A DNA stretch of 64,000 nucleotides, from contig NC_087254.1 of assembly GCF_037042905.1 (NCBI RefSeq), positions 10,664,001 to 10,728,000 on the forward strand, in the 5' to 3' direction. The notes beneath the pieces are model-generated. The model was not told where the DNA came from. It did no database searches and saw nothing but the letters and a program-made list of their open reading frames with translations. The DNA is from Lytechinus pictus (lineage: Eukaryota). Made by a program: the position numbers and the translations under genes. Of the stretch, positions 1 to 13,900 are shown one piece after another. Every line of letters starts with the position of its first letter. Position 1 is the first letter of the stretch.

Positions 1-839
1 GGTTGGTGTGAACGCGAGATACGGACAATTTCGAAGAAGTCTACTCCAGAAATTGAAACCAGAAGAAAACAAAATCTTCAATTCTCTGAAGAATCGCCCG
101 AACATCCCTTCCCCCATTCACCCAGCAGTTAAGTATACCAGGTCACCGTATTCCAATTGCCCAGATGACGTAGGTTTACCCGATAACTAATGAGTGAGAA
201 TTAATTCTTAATTGAATTCATGTCCTAAAAATAGCATTGACTTTTGCGCGTCAAATTAATTGTCACTTTTTGAGTGTCTGGGCATTGATTAAGATCCCTA
301 ATTCAATTTTAAGTGACCGTGTACCCTGGGCACGTTAAATTACAAATTAATGATCAATTGATACATTTATTTGATATATTTCAAAACCCGTGAAAAGTGG
401 GGCTGGTGTATATAGTGTTTTTTGTTGGTAGGCTAAGGATGGTACAGCTTTCATTTGCCTTATATACAAGCATTGCTTTTCTTGGCAAGTCAGTTAATTT
501 ATCTTCTATATTTGTTATAAATTGTCATTGAACTGTCTATATTGTTTTGAATATGTACTATTAAATAAATCTAACTCTAAATCTAAAATCTACCTCATTT
601 TTGTTTTTACCTTCAATAAAAACTTACTGAAAATGAAAGGCTCCCTTTAAATTCCATTCACTCCGCTCCCTCGCTCTCACCCCTCTACCTACACCCCAGC
701 CCCCCCCCCCCCCCCCCGTCTTCACCTCACCCCCTGTCACGAAAGTAGACCGATTACAAGACTGTCTGCATTCACAGACAGCATCCAAATAAATATTGTG
801 AATGGAGGATCATAGTCCCCGGTACTACACAACAGCTCA

Positions 840-945
840 ACGCTGATTGGCTGGATGTTCAGGCAAGCGGGTCAATGAACAGTAGTGGCCCCGCCCACCC
901 GATTACCCATAAATTCGTCTCCCAGCCTGCGAACGGCATCAGTTA
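840..945 (+). promoter_or_regulatory. Putative core promoter of the plus-strand secreted-protein gene
   Basis: Reverse CCAAT box (ATTGG 846-850), GC box (CCCCGCCCAC 888-897), TATA-like CATAAA at 908 and Inr-like TCAGTT at 939-944, in canonical order and spacing. Confidence 0.5.
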
Positions 946-1260
946 GATTTTCTTTCAATTTCGAAGAGCAATCGCTATTTTTTTTAGACATCATAAAGCA
1001 TCACCATCAACCCTGCATCCTTTTCAATCTTTACTATACCATCTTCATCTAACTTGTGAGGAATCGGGAGGGAAAGATTGATCGAAAGCCCATCTTTTGC
1101 TGCAAGTTTGATAGAGAGGTTGCATCGATCTGAAGCTGTGAATTTTCAGAGTTGTTTTGGCTCGGAGTTTGTTGGTCAACAATACTACTATCGCACTCCA
1201 CGTGGGTTTACTCGCGCGTTTGGAGAGACCGGTACACGTGGATATCTCGTCATATAACTG
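941..1260 (+). other. Putative non-coding first exon (5' UTR) of the secreted-protein gene
   Basis: Follows the Inr, has no ATG that I could find in about 320 nt, and ends at a consensus donor CTG|GTAAGT (1261). Its link to the acceptor at 10482 is inferred. Confidence 0.5.
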
Positions 1261-2867
1261 GTAAGTTGAACCGGTATATGGGGTCTTCTTGATATTCATT
1301 TCCCCCCATTTTGTACTAGAATGAGAAGGGACTGATATTGGGAAGGGGAATATATAGGGAAGTGATACTTTTAACAGATTGTAATGATAATTATCGAACC
1401 ATATCCATGATATACCACATACTGGGTAAGGAAACCTGACTATAAATTTTAGTAATTCGATATTCGGAGTGGATGGGGGTAACAAGCAAATACATTACGA
1501 CGAATGAATTACAAATCTGTTTATGTATTTTTGTTATGATATTTTTAGATTTATTTCTTCTGTGTATGACTTAAAAAGCCATCAACAGCTTTTAAAGACA
1601 ACACTCAAACGGCGAACGGCATCAGATTTTCTTTAAAAAAATTCGTTGTATGTCTCCACTCATGGACCAATAAACCTGTATCTTATATTTTGTATTTAGG
1701 TATATATATATATATAATTATTTTGAAGATTGCAATAGATAGGCTATAATAAAACGGAGATCAGTGGAAAGAATACCTATTTTTTTGTCTCTATCACTGT
1801 TCTTCCATCGTGTTCATGAAGGCCTGTTATATTATGAATAGGCTTAGTGTCAGTGCATAAATGGCATCTCTGTTTAAGTTTGATGGTGTGTTTTCACATA
1901 GAAATTTGCATGCATTTTTAATGTTCGTAATAACGGGGAAAACGGGGGAGAAAATTTGACTCCACAACAAGTTCAATTTCATAAATCACACCGGTATTAC
2001 AATGCAAACTTCAACAAAGTCATTTGTTAAATAAGAAAGTTGCTGCTCTTTTTGATGCAGTTTCGCTAATTTTAACAACATTATGTATGTGAATATATAT
2101 ATTACCATATTTTTACTGGTCATAAATCGAACAAAGATCCCGCCAACATCAGGAAAATTGACGGAGAACAGTAGCTTAACCAAATAACTAAAATAATGTT
2201 GTAAAGAATCGGTAAAATGGAATTGAGATGCAAGGAAGCACTTACCCTAACGACAAAAAAAAAAGAAATAAGGAAAAAAAATAATGTTCTATAACCAAGC
2301 CTGTGTAACTTTGGAAATTCTGTGATGGATACTCAACAGTTTACCAAAAGGGGCAAATCAAAGTTGGTCAATAAATTGAGAGGAAAATCAGTTTTAAATA
2401 TTGCAATGACTTTGACATTCCAAAACTTACCGGAGAAAAATGTAATACCAGGGGCCTGAGACCAAGTTTTGAAGAGGGGTGCTGGTTTGTAAAAAACATA
2501 ATAATAAAAAAAAGCAAAAACAGTTGACCACCTCGAACCCCCCCCCCCCCTCAAAAAAAGTGTCCACTCCTATTATGAAGGTGATTTTGGTTTTTGAAAA
2601 ATGACTAGCAAAAAATGGATTTCGCTGATTTCGAGGGAGAGCTGTCTATGGTGTATGGCATACGCAGGACCCCCAGAGAATGGGGGGGGGGGGGGGTCTT
2701 CAGTAATCAGCACCCTCGCCTCCCTTGGCCATGAAGGGTATATAATGCCTAATCAAAATCGGTTAGCAAATGGAATAAAAATAAACATTTCGATTGGACA
2801 GAAATTGGCATAGGCCTAGTTGATATAATATTTAATTACGAATACGATCATCAAATGAGGTTCTTAA

Positions 2868-3450
2868 AGGAGAATGAAACCCTTGGAGCAAGTTAGCTTT
2901 TGTGAAAGCAGAAAAATCAAAGAATAAGATCAACAAAACTTTGAGTAAAATAGGACTAGCAATAAAAGAGTTATGAGCATTTGAATGTCGAGATCACTAA
3001 TGCTATGGAGATCCTCCCATTGGCAATGCGACCAAGATCTGTGATGTCACGCACGTACAACTCTCCCATTCGGACACTGAAAATATACCCCAAAACATAT
3101 CTTTTTGCTCATTCTAATCATATGACAAACGATTCATCAATGATATAATGTTGTGAAACCTCTGTACTTGTCATCTCATAAAGAAAGCACATAACCTTGT
3201 GATAGACTCTATAAAAGTGAGAATATAAGTGAAATAAGTACTAAAGTAATGAGGGAGTTGTACGTGTGTGATATCACAGATCTTGGTCGCATTGCCGATG
3301 GGAGGATCTACATGGCACTAGTGATCTCAATATTCAAATGCTCATAACTTTCTTATTATTCATTCAATCTTCCTCAAACTTTCAACAATATGTTTCTTTG
3401 ATTTTTCTCTTTGATATGGATTCAGCTAGTTTCAAGGGTTTCATTCTCCT
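2868..3450. mobile_element. MITE with TTAA target and AGG..CCT termini (T2/Kolobok-type), near-palindromic
   Basis: TTAA|AGGAGAATGAAACCCTTG ... CAAGGGTTTCATTCTCCT|TTAA with long internal inverted arms. Confidence 0.85.
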
Positions 3451-4089
3451 TTAATGTCTACTGCCAGATGAAATCGGTTAACCTTTCGAAAGCAAACGTT
3501 GTAGGAGATGTCAATTATTGTAATCACTTGATATGAGCAATTAAAATACAATTTGACAAAGAAATGACATAAAAAGGCCAATTTATTTACCAACCACTCC
3601 CAAATCCATGCCCACACACACACGCACGCCCACCCCACACTCACTCACACCCACGAACACAGACATACACAACTGCGCGTGTGAGCACTGGATCCATTAA
3701 GGCCTCGTCGGCGGGAAGGGGTGCGCGTGTCTTGTGTGGGTATTTTTTTGCGGGTGTGTGTTTTGATGTGGGTGTGTGTACAAGGGGTAAGGGGGGGGGG
3801 GGGGGCTTGCGGGCTGTTCGGCTCCTGGACGATCGGAGGTATGAATTTTCTCATTTCTACCATCCCACCCGTCCTCACACTAGTCCACTACACACAAAAA
3901 TTATGAGGGTAGAAGAAAAAGTAAAGCATGATCGATTTAGGAAAATCAGTGCTTCCAAAGACCAACTTTTGACATTTACTCACGGAAGTCCCCCACCCTC
4001 CCTTCGATCATGTTTATTCGATTCTTTTGGTGATGATAATGATTTTTTACGTGATTACTAAGAAAGCATGAATGCTTGTCAGCAAGCAA

Positions 4090-4241
4090 CCAGAGGACCG
4101 ACGGCTTAAGGTCCTATCCGAGGGACCTGGTAATGAGGATTAATGCCTTACCAAAAGGCGCTAGTGCACCAAGTGGAAATCGAACCCGGGTCACCAGAAT
4201 CCGACCCCCCCCCCCCACTCTACCGACTGAGCTATCGGGCC
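4090..4241 (-). mobile_element. tRNA-derived SINE fragment
   Basis: Minus-strand A box (ATAGCTCAGTCGGTAGA) and B box (GGTTCGATTTC), followed by non-tRNA body sequence. Confidence 0.65.
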
Positions 4242-4645
4242 CTTAGAATTAGAATGAAATAAGGTTTTATCAATAAGCAATATGTTTCAAATAAATGGAG
4301 GCGCTTCATGCGAACAAAAAAAGAGCAGACCGGATTTTTTTTTCATTGAACGATATCGTTCATATTTCAAGTATCTACTCGTTTTGCCTCTCCAAGAAGG
4401 ATGATTGCCATATTAAATTATTTCAATTCCCCAGAAAAAATTACGAAGACTGACATGTTGATGTCACAGTGGTGCTTATATTATGACATCCATTTATCGC
4501 AAGTCTGGAGACAATGTCATAGAATTAGAATCGCAAAACGAAGAGAGATGGCGTTGGTTATCCGACACCTGTTAAAAATCTGAACAGAATACATTATGAC
4601 GTGGAAGGTAATCCAAGGCACTCTCAGGGGTTTGACAGTGTTTAA

Positions 4646-5249
4646 AGGACAAGTCCAACCCAACAAAAATTTGATTTGAATAAAAAGAGAAAAATCCAAC
4701 AAGCATAACACTGAAAATTTCATCAAAATCGGATGTAAAATAAGAAAGTTATGACATTTCAAAGTTTTACTTAATTTCACAAAACAGTTAAATGCACATC
4801 CTGGTCGGCATGCAAATGATGAGACTGATGACGTCTTCCACTCACTATTTCTTTTGAATTTTACTATATGAAATATTCTAATTTTCTCCTCATTCTCCTT
4901 TGAAACAAAAATTAATTCCTCCCTGAACATGTGGATTTAGCATTGTTTGATCATGTTAATACTATATGGTTCAGTCAAGTTGGTCCATATTGCCAAATCA
5001 GTGAAAAATGAAATATTGTATAATTCGAACAAAGAAAACAAAAGAAATAGTGAGTTAGGGACATCATCGACTCTCTCATTTGCATGTCACTAAGATGCGC
5101 ATATCACTGTCTTGTGAAAAATATGCGAAACTTTAAAATGCCATAACTTTCTTATTTTACATCCGATTTTGATGAAATTTTCAGCATTATGCTAGTTTGG
5201 TTTTTCTCTATTTATTCAAATAAACATTTTTCTGTGGTGGACTTGACCT
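4646..5249. mobile_element. T2/Kolobok-type MITE, family A copy 1
   Basis: TTAA|AGGACAAGTCCA ... TGGACTTGACCT|TTAA; five similar copies in the window. Confidence 0.9.
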
Positions 5250-5294
5250 TTAAAGGCAACTTCAAGCCAACCCTTTAAATGGAAAAAACACAGC

Positions 5295-5650
5295 TCCCAC
5301 AGTGTGTGCCACAGTGTGGAACATAGCATGAAATCACCTTCATGCTGTTAAATTTGAGCAATTCAACAGCATGAATCACATAGTCGACCATGTCAACACA
5401 TTGTGAACAGTCATACTATCGAGGTGTCAACAGTGTCAAAATAATCTTCACACTGTTGAATTTGAGCATTATAACAGTGTGAATAATATTTTCACAGTGT
5501 AGTCCACTATGTGAACAGTAACACTGTCAAGGTATCCACAGTGTGAAAATGTCTTCACACTGTTGAATTTGAGCATTATAACAGTGTGAATAATATTTTC
5601 ACATAGTCCACATTGTGAACACACTGTGATCACACTGTATGACACCGTGT
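5295..5650. repeat. Degenerate tandem repeat, about 110-bp unit rich in CACA/TGTG
   Basis: TCTTCACACTGTTGAATTTGAGCATTATAACAGTGTGAATAATATTTTCACA occurs twice exactly, plus a diverged third unit. Confidence 0.75.
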
Positions 5651-6861
5651 TCTTGCCAGCAGGGATATAGGCATGATGGCTCAGTGGTTTAGGATCCGTC
5701 TCACGATGAAAATTAGGTCGTGGGTTCGATCCCCTTCAGAGACATGATATTAATGTACCAAAGACATATATTGTAAACTTGGACCTTTTTCTTTCTAGCT
5801 TATTATTCATTTATAGGGTCGGATGGGAAAAGTTAAACACATCCTATTATGCACAGCGGCTGGTGGAGTAGCTTTACAACTGACATGGTCGCCTTTTTTC
5901 AGACAGTGCATGCTATCTGTAGGTCAATCGTTGGTACATTTCCTTCTTTTTCAATAAATCAGTTGATAATTTGACACGACTGATGCCAATAACCATTGAC
6001 ATCTTCAATTTTTATCCCTGTATGCCATCGTCAATAACAGTTGGTTATCGACGCCATATCCCACTAAACGAGGTGGTTACACTCTTGGGGCAAAATACTC
6101 CCATGATACATGTATACTTGATGAAAGGTAATCCGGATATTAAAATACAATTAGATTAATACGATTAAAGCATCGAAATGAATATAGACGTGATGTACGA
6201 AAACGATTTTTTTTTCGTGACGTGGTAGTTAAGTAAATCCACCGATCATTGGTATATATCAAATGTGACGTAGTAAGTCGATAGGCTTATGGAAAAGGGA
6301 TGATATACGCGTTCATTATGTGAAAACGAATGTTTTCCGTTTTAAAATCTTTCATTCGACAACGTCGTGAGTTAAATGTCGGTAGTTTCGTCACTGATAT
6401 ATAGATGTCGTCACAAATGCCAGAGAAGGTTCAATAATTACATAGCTGATCGAATTGAGACGATTTTTTCGTATACGGTAGTAATTATAACGGCGATTAG
6501 AGGCACTGCTGATGTTTAGCAAATAAAAAAAAGTGAATAGTGTGCATGCCATCTAGAATTACCATGATAATCTTTGATAAAGGATATTTTGCCAATATTT
6601 TTTATGATTCAATGATACATTTTAACCACGCTTGATAATGATTTCGCAATAACTTGGTATTGTGTACCTGGGTTTTTTTTAAGGATATTTGGGGGAAGTT
6701 TCGTTATTCAAGAAACTCTATGGCCAAAGGCCAATTACTTTGTGGTCGATATGTTACATACCCGGAATTGAAGAATATGCCTTTTAATAAAACATTTAAA
6801 AAAAATCATCAAAATTCAATTCTCTGATCTTCTCAAAAGATAAGAAACATATCTCTAGTCA

Positions 6862-7134
6862 CTGGCGGATCCAGGGGAGGGGGGGGGGGGGGACACATTC
6901 GGCCCGTGCCCCCCCCCTTGAGAGCCGTAATCAAAATCGATATGTAAATATACCACTTTTACCCAAGTGTGCCCCCCCCCCCTCTGAAAGTGAGGACCCT
7001 TTTTTCTGCTTTTCAAATTTCCGCGGACGAAATGACCTCCAATATTAGGTGAATTTTTTTTTTGTTGCTTGTCAATTTTTCAACGGAAAAATGTGCCCCC
7101 CCCCCTCTTTTGGAAAATCCTGGATCCGCCCCTG
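6862..7134. mobile_element. G/C-run-rich short TIR element
   Basis: GGCGGATCCAGG ... CCTGGATCCGCC inverted ends; a similar design occurs at 47596-47798 (AGCGTACGCAG / CTGCGTACGCT). Confidence 0.6.
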
Positions 7135-9980
7135 GCTCTAGTCTATTTGAAAACGTACTGTAATCATTTCCTTTGACGATATCTAAGGATGGGGGTATAA
7201 ATATTTGAAAATAAGTGAACAATTTTTTATTTCATTTATTTGTACATTTGTACTGTATCATTTTTTTTTTTTTGGGGGGGGGGTATTTTTCTATACTTAC
7301 TGAAAACGAAACTAATCTACATTACCATAATGAGACTATATGTGATGATCAAACTGTTGCATTATGGGTAATTAATCCGCGCTGTTATGAAGTTCAGTAA
7401 GACTTAAATCAGGTTGGTGCTTTACAAGTCATTGGCCTCGTCATGGTGCCTTTAATTTACATTATCTGTATTGGTTCTGTCAGTCTTGCTTGATTTAAGA
7501 GACAGCCAGCAGGGGTCAGATTAAGACTCATCGTACCAATCAATTTCATTGGCTCTTGTCCAAGTTTGATTGGGTGGATGTCATAAATGTTTTCCCCAGT
7601 CCTTGAGCGAGATGATAGATTGTGTAACGGCTCAATTTTGTACACGCCACCTTAGCAGGGTATCGACAACTTCATCTGTGACTGCATGGTGTCTTCGGAG
7701 GAATTGTGTTTCTTGTAAGGTGTTTCAGTGGGCGGGGGGGGGGGGGTCATCCGAGATATAGTTGTCCTCTAATATAATCTCTAGGATAATGTTTATGCTG
7801 AGGAGTATTGTCTGGTTGCGTTAACGAAGCGAGAAAGAGAGATACCCGTTCCGAGGATCCTATTTTTTACAATAAGCCCGCTCTAAAGCCCCCGTTTTTT
7901 GTCTCGCCCGCGGCACATACCTACCACTTTTTTGGTAGAGTACCCCCCCCCCCCCGGATCACTGATACAACTAGCTTTTTTAGGTGAAACCTAGCATTTG
8001 GAAAGGACCCGAAACAATTTTGGTTCAGGTATCAAAGAAATGTGGCTGTACTGTGTGTGCAGACTGGTGCTGCTGTACGGTATTGATTCTTGAGGTCAGA
8101 TAATATCTTAATGAGCCAAATGTCGTCATCAGCCGGTAGCAGACTATCGTACAATCGGGAGTTTAAAATCAAAATGTTCCTCCTCCCTCCATTCATTTCA
8201 CGCCTTTGAAAATTGTCAGAAACGAAACACATCGCATTGAATGCATGAAAAGATCTTGGCGCGTGATTCTTTTTTGGCACCTAGCCTCAGACTGAATTGA
8301 CACGACGATCATGCCGAGTGATGTTTCATGATCAGTATTAATCAGTTGCATCGCAATGATCTTTAGGATATTGTTGGTGTTGGAATAGACACGTGGCGGA
8401 CGTGCCTGATGACCACCTGTAGATTTTTGTAGGGTTGCTCAAATCACGGTGTTAAGAACTCCGTCCTCGTGGGCTTCTATCCGCGAAAATGTGGCGTTCG
8501 TGAGGTCGCTTACTTGTGCCCTTTTCAATCCACAAATATGTAACCACATCTAAAAATACCCCATCACACTTTTGTGATTGATAGGGAAAGTTCAACGTCA
8601 GGACGCATTTTTTCAGTGTCGACTCTTTTTTTTTGCGGTGGCTCATTGTCTGCCTTCCCCGTTGCGACGGTGAAAGGCCTCTTTATAGCGTTATCACAAC
8701 TTTTCACACTTTTGAGGGTATGTCGAGAGAGCCATAAATCGAAAAAAAGACCCCCAACCATTCAAATATAATCATTATTAGCAAAATACACTCCAGACGG
8801 TGAAATGGAATAGATAGTATTCACTCATGAAATTGTGAACTCAAGGCCTTCTACGATAACCTTTGTTGCAAATTTGTTCAGTCATCGAGATTTTTGTTAT
8901 CTTTATTTGTCATTTTTTCAAACATAGACTTTAAATATTTTGCCAAGGAAAACGCCATGGCCATGTGAACATGTCGGAAGTGTCTTTTTTGGCGACTTGA
9001 CCCGAACTACATGTACATTCGGAGCAAAGATGAGAAATTACGATTGGAGCAAAGTTCCACCTGGAACGATACATGTTTTCTATTTAAGCAGTTAAGGCAA
9101 TGTCTGAAACTAAATACGACCTATGTGATTATGCCATATGTGACCCCCTCCACCCTGAGCCTCCCCCTCAATACCCTCGCAGACTGAAATATCACTCTCA
9201 TCGAATGTTCCGTTACAAAGCGAAAAGACCTCGATGTATTTTTGTTTTCGGGGGGATTCGGACGTTCATATTTCATTTTTTTAAGTCTCTGCTTCGAATC
9301 TATTAGCTGAACAGAATAACTCTCTTTTATTGAAACGTGCTAAAATTACTTTATAATTCAAATCCTGGGGTTCAGTCTAACAACAACAATTATGTCTATA
9401 CAAAGGCGCCATTCCTGGTCATGACATACAATGTTAGTACACAAAGAGATCAAATGGTCAAAACACGCATCTGAGCATTCACTCGGCGCCACGAATCCGG
9501 GCACACACATGGAATTCTCTAATTTGTTGAATCTACGTCACACTATAGAGCTATTACAATTACATAACACCTTCTTGGTCTTAAATTACGCTTTCTTCAA
9601 TCAAATATACTGCTTATAATCATACTGACTATTTAACCTTAAAATCATATCACATGAACATAACTTAAATACAATTTCGATAAAAATGTGTAATGCTCAC
9701 CTGAACGAAGGATGAAGCGGGGTGAAGGTCACGGCTAATGAAGCCTGCCACCAACGACCCCCTTACGCCCCCATAAATCCGCGTATTTCATGCAACTCAT
9801 GGATTGGATATTCATTCAATTTTTAATCAGTAAGTGACCCTTATCACCCTCCCCCTTTAAGTTGTGTAATGAATACACTATCTGAAGAATATCAAGGCAA
9901 ATTATTTCGCCAAGCTGGTATAACCAATTACTTAGGAAAGATTCTTCGTCTATAAGTGAATCTGTCTTAGTAGCAGACTT

Positions 9981-10260
9981 ATAATAATAATACCAACATG
10001 CTTATATAGCGCATATCACTGCCAAATGCGTCCCTATGCGCTTAATTGGATATTATTACCCCGGCTTTAGCCTCGCAGCCTTTTACAGCGCGGTGGCATT
10101 TCAAGGAATAAATTCCTGCCAGGTACCCATTTACCTCACCTGGGTCGAGTGCAGCACAATGTGGATTTCTTGCCGAAGAAAATTACGCCATGGCTGGGAT
10201 TCGAACACACGACCCTCTGATTCAAAGTCCGAAGACTTATCCACTGGGCCAAAACGCTCC
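9981..10260 (-). mobile_element. tRNA-derived SINE, related to 51735-52093
   Basis: Reverse-strand B box (GGGATTCGAAC on +), shared GGTACCCATTTA..CACCTGGGTCGAG core and (TAA)n tail; a further head fragment lies at about 10290-10375. Confidence 0.8.
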
Positions 10261-10552
10261 ACAAGACAACATAAATTACTCTTGGGTCTTTGACGATGGC
10301 ATGGCCGAGAGTGGTTTTAAACCCACAACCTCACGACCACGAGTCAAATGCTCCAACCACTAGACCACACGACCCTGCGGACTAGGTTCATAAATGTCAT
10401 GATCATGAAATGTAAAACATATTGTAATCCAACCATGAAATACTTAATGAATTCAATTTCACTTTTATTTCATTGCAAACAGACCGCTTTGGAACTTCTG
10501 ATAAGCAATTTGAGAAAAGGGTTTCTTCAGGATCCTGGTTACGTAATCGACC

Positions 10553-10945
10553 ATGATGCCGACCACCAGCATACGTTGTCAGTGGCTACTGATCAGCATC
10601 GGGACAGTCCTCATCATCCCCGCCATCAACCTTGCCTCAGCCGGTCATGCTAAACACAGAGGTTCGATGTCATTAGACAGGCGAGGAGGTCACAATCAGC
10701 CTTCATCATCAGACTCGACGTCCTCGTCGTCATCCTCTGAAACGCTCCCAATCAATCCCGACCACCAAGTCGAAAATGAAGAGCATAATGTCATAGCGAG
10801 TAATAGCACATCACCATCGCTTCCTCTGATTCAAGATGGCGGTGAAGTCAAGTTGCCCAGAGGATTTAAAATAATCGCTCTCGACGAGGACAATAAACCA
10901 TTTATCGTCATTCCAAACATGCATCATCTTTTGGAAAACAATAGT
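10553..10945 (+). CDS. Uncharacterised secreted prepropeptide, coding exon 1 (aa 1-131: signal peptide, Ser-rich pro-region)
   Basis: Acceptor ttttatttcattgcaaacag at 10482. In-frame TAA 9 nt upstream of ACCATG. Hydrophobic N-terminus WLLISIGTVLIIPAINLASA ends in an A-x-A cleavage motif. Phase-0 donor AGT|GTGAGT at 10946. Confidence 0.8.
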
Positions 10946-13900
10946 GTGAGTATCAATTTTTAGAATATTTTCCATATACTGTTTCATATTTTGGAACGTG
11001 GAAGACACAAGTAGTCAACAAATACCACGGTAGGAATGAAAGAAGTTGTACTTTATTCAGTAAACTTAATAAATTATGCCACCATTTCGAGGGGATTGAT
11101 TATCGGATATTACACACCATTTTTGAAAAAAATTGCGATAGAGCAAAGCGAGCGACCCAACAAATATTAAATAATGTGACTCAAAATCAGTTTAAACTTT
11201 GGTTTAAATTTTCAACGGGTACAACTTAATGTGTATTTTGGGGGTGCAAGAAGGGTAGGAGCGTATCTGTTAAATGCATAATTAGGCTGAAACGCTCTGA
11301 AACGAAGTTGAATCTCGGACAAAGTGGTATTCCTAATTTTTTTCTTAATTTTACGTCTACTCCCAAATAAAATTTCGTCAAAGAAAAGTCTTATTTTTCG
11401 TCCGCGGATCAACGTCACAAGTGAAATGAGCTCACATGGCTGACAATTGCTCACAGCTACTGGGAGATCGAATGATTTATTTTTATCCGAGTAATCAAAT
11501 ATTGGAATCGTTGATATGTACCCGTCTAAGATATCACGACCTCTCGCTGTTTTAGAATGGTATATTGTAATACAAGCTGGACTCTCTTCCGCGTATGATT
11601 GAGTAATGTTTTCATAAACTCATTTGCCATATTATATATAGCTAAGTTTGCATTTTCTTAAGAAAGTTGTTGAATCTAAAGATGCGACCGAGACTGTGTA
11701 GCATGTCTGGGGATTATTATATCAGGCTTATATTGAAGGAGATCATCTCAAGCGTTCATTGCGATGTAAAGTGATAGGTTGATCATGTCAGGACTTTAAT
11801 ACCCGACCTGAAAACCCCAATACCCGGCCTACATGCTCATATAGCTATACAATGTTTGATCAAACCCTTCATTGGTAATTGTGCCATGATGCAAAAACGA
11901 ATAACGATTGGCAGCTCCGACCTATCCTTGCCTCGAAGTCTTATATACCTTATAACATGAGATAAATGATATGATATTGTGTTTTCATCGGTAAATAAGC
12001 TGTCTGGCCTGATATGTCTGGATGGAGGCAATGGCACGGTTTTTTTCGAATGTCATTTTCAAAATCATCAGACAACCTTCACCTCTATCAAAATCTTGTA
12101 CGCTGCACTTTAGCCTGGATTTTTAAAAAATGATTCAAACATATTGAAACAAATATGGCGAAACTCCATTAATAACCTAGTAAGGGATAATCAAAAAATA
12201 ATTTTAAAAATTTGACTTCAAATGCGAGTAGCTCACCCATTTCTTTGGATGAAAAAAATCCACAAAATGCTATTTTCTCAGAAAGAGAAGGGAGTAAGGA
12301 TGAGTGTATCTGTATCATCACATACATTATTCCGTAAGGGGTTTCATGATAAAAAAAATTGTAGTCATATTTAACCGTTTATGAAACTAAGTCACAGCAC
12401 ATTACAAAAGGGGCAGTTGCTTGCATGTGACGTATGTGACATATCAAACCAACTCTTTACAATCAATTATCACTTTGCGTACATAGTTCTCTCACTATGA
12501 TTATACTGACTCCGCCCCTGTTTCCCCATACAACCAAATGGGCACCTCCGGCCTCCGTTTTATTCAAAACTGATAACATTTGAGTGAAAATTATTTCAAG
12601 ATCAATACAACTTACCAAAATCATATAAACTATAAACGGGATAGTCAGTGTGGATGAAGTATAGCATCGTATATAAGTAAACATTCTGAATAGCAATTTG
12701 AAACTATCTAGAATATCGAGTATGTTGAATATTTTCACTCAGAGATCATCGGTTTTGACTAAAATGGAGACCGGAGGTGTCCATTTGGTTGAATGGGGGA
12801 CAGGACGAGTATAGGCGGCGTCGGGGTACTTTAAAAAGGGACAATGCGGTCTGGCTATATGTTTTTGTATCGGTTAAATTATACGATTTACGGAGGTAAA
12901 TTTACACGAACTATATCTCTCTTCTTTTGCTCTTCATTTCTTCCTATCTTCCCTTTTATCCTAATTTATTTTTTAACAAATAATTTCTTCCCAAAAAAAT
13001 CATAAGAGGGGGGGGGGGCGCCCCTACCCTGCTGTAGTGCCGCCCCAGTAACTTTGGATCGGCATGTTGTTACAAATGTCACTCACGCCCGTCTTTCGTC
13101 AGTTGGTACATTCGGAAGGAGCAACTGACATTAAAAACTACTTAAAATCGGATATGTTTGGCGTCTGATAACTCAAATCCCTAATGGGAATAAAAAGAAA
13201 GGGCACGCTTACATTTCACAAAAAATTGCCCTCTCCAGAATCATGACCGAACTTTTTGGTAACATTCGGATTTTTGTGTTGAACAATGAAAGGTGAAAGA
13301 AAGGTATGGCATATTTAGGTTCACGTTGAGGTTCCCAAAACACTTCCCATGCTGGTGGACATGATGACATACATAGAGATATTCCAACAAACAGGCATCT
13401 GTTTCGTTTAAAGCCACTGCCACTTTGAAAATCATCATCATCATCGCAGGGACTAAACACTTCTCAAATGGTTCCCGTTTGCGAACATAATACGCGAACC
13501 GTTTCCCCAAGTCTTGTTACAATAACAAACGTAAATTTCTACCACAAAAAAATTGCCATTTGGCCAATCCTATTAAAGGATTTCAGTAGCTTTTAACAGT
13601 TATTGCAAATTTGTTAATATAACAAGTTTTATGAAACGGGCCCCTGGTTCCGTACACTGGATGCAACAATTTGATCACGTGTTCTTGTAAGATGATTTAT
13701 GCCCAATTAATAATCTTCTACTCTTTACGACATTGATACCACAAAATAATTATTGGTATGAATGGTATTGTCTTAGCTCTAAACGATATGAATGAATTGA
13801 AATTATTACCAAATCTCACTGTCAGGTACAATTACGTGGATTATTACATCACATATGAACAAAACATTTGGTAATTGGAGCTAACATAATAGCAAGATGC

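Noticed and set aside
4517-4930. Recurrent ORFs containing KCHNFLILHPILMKFS (also 34186, 37648, 43464)
   Set aside because: These are translations of the same MITE arm, not a gene family.
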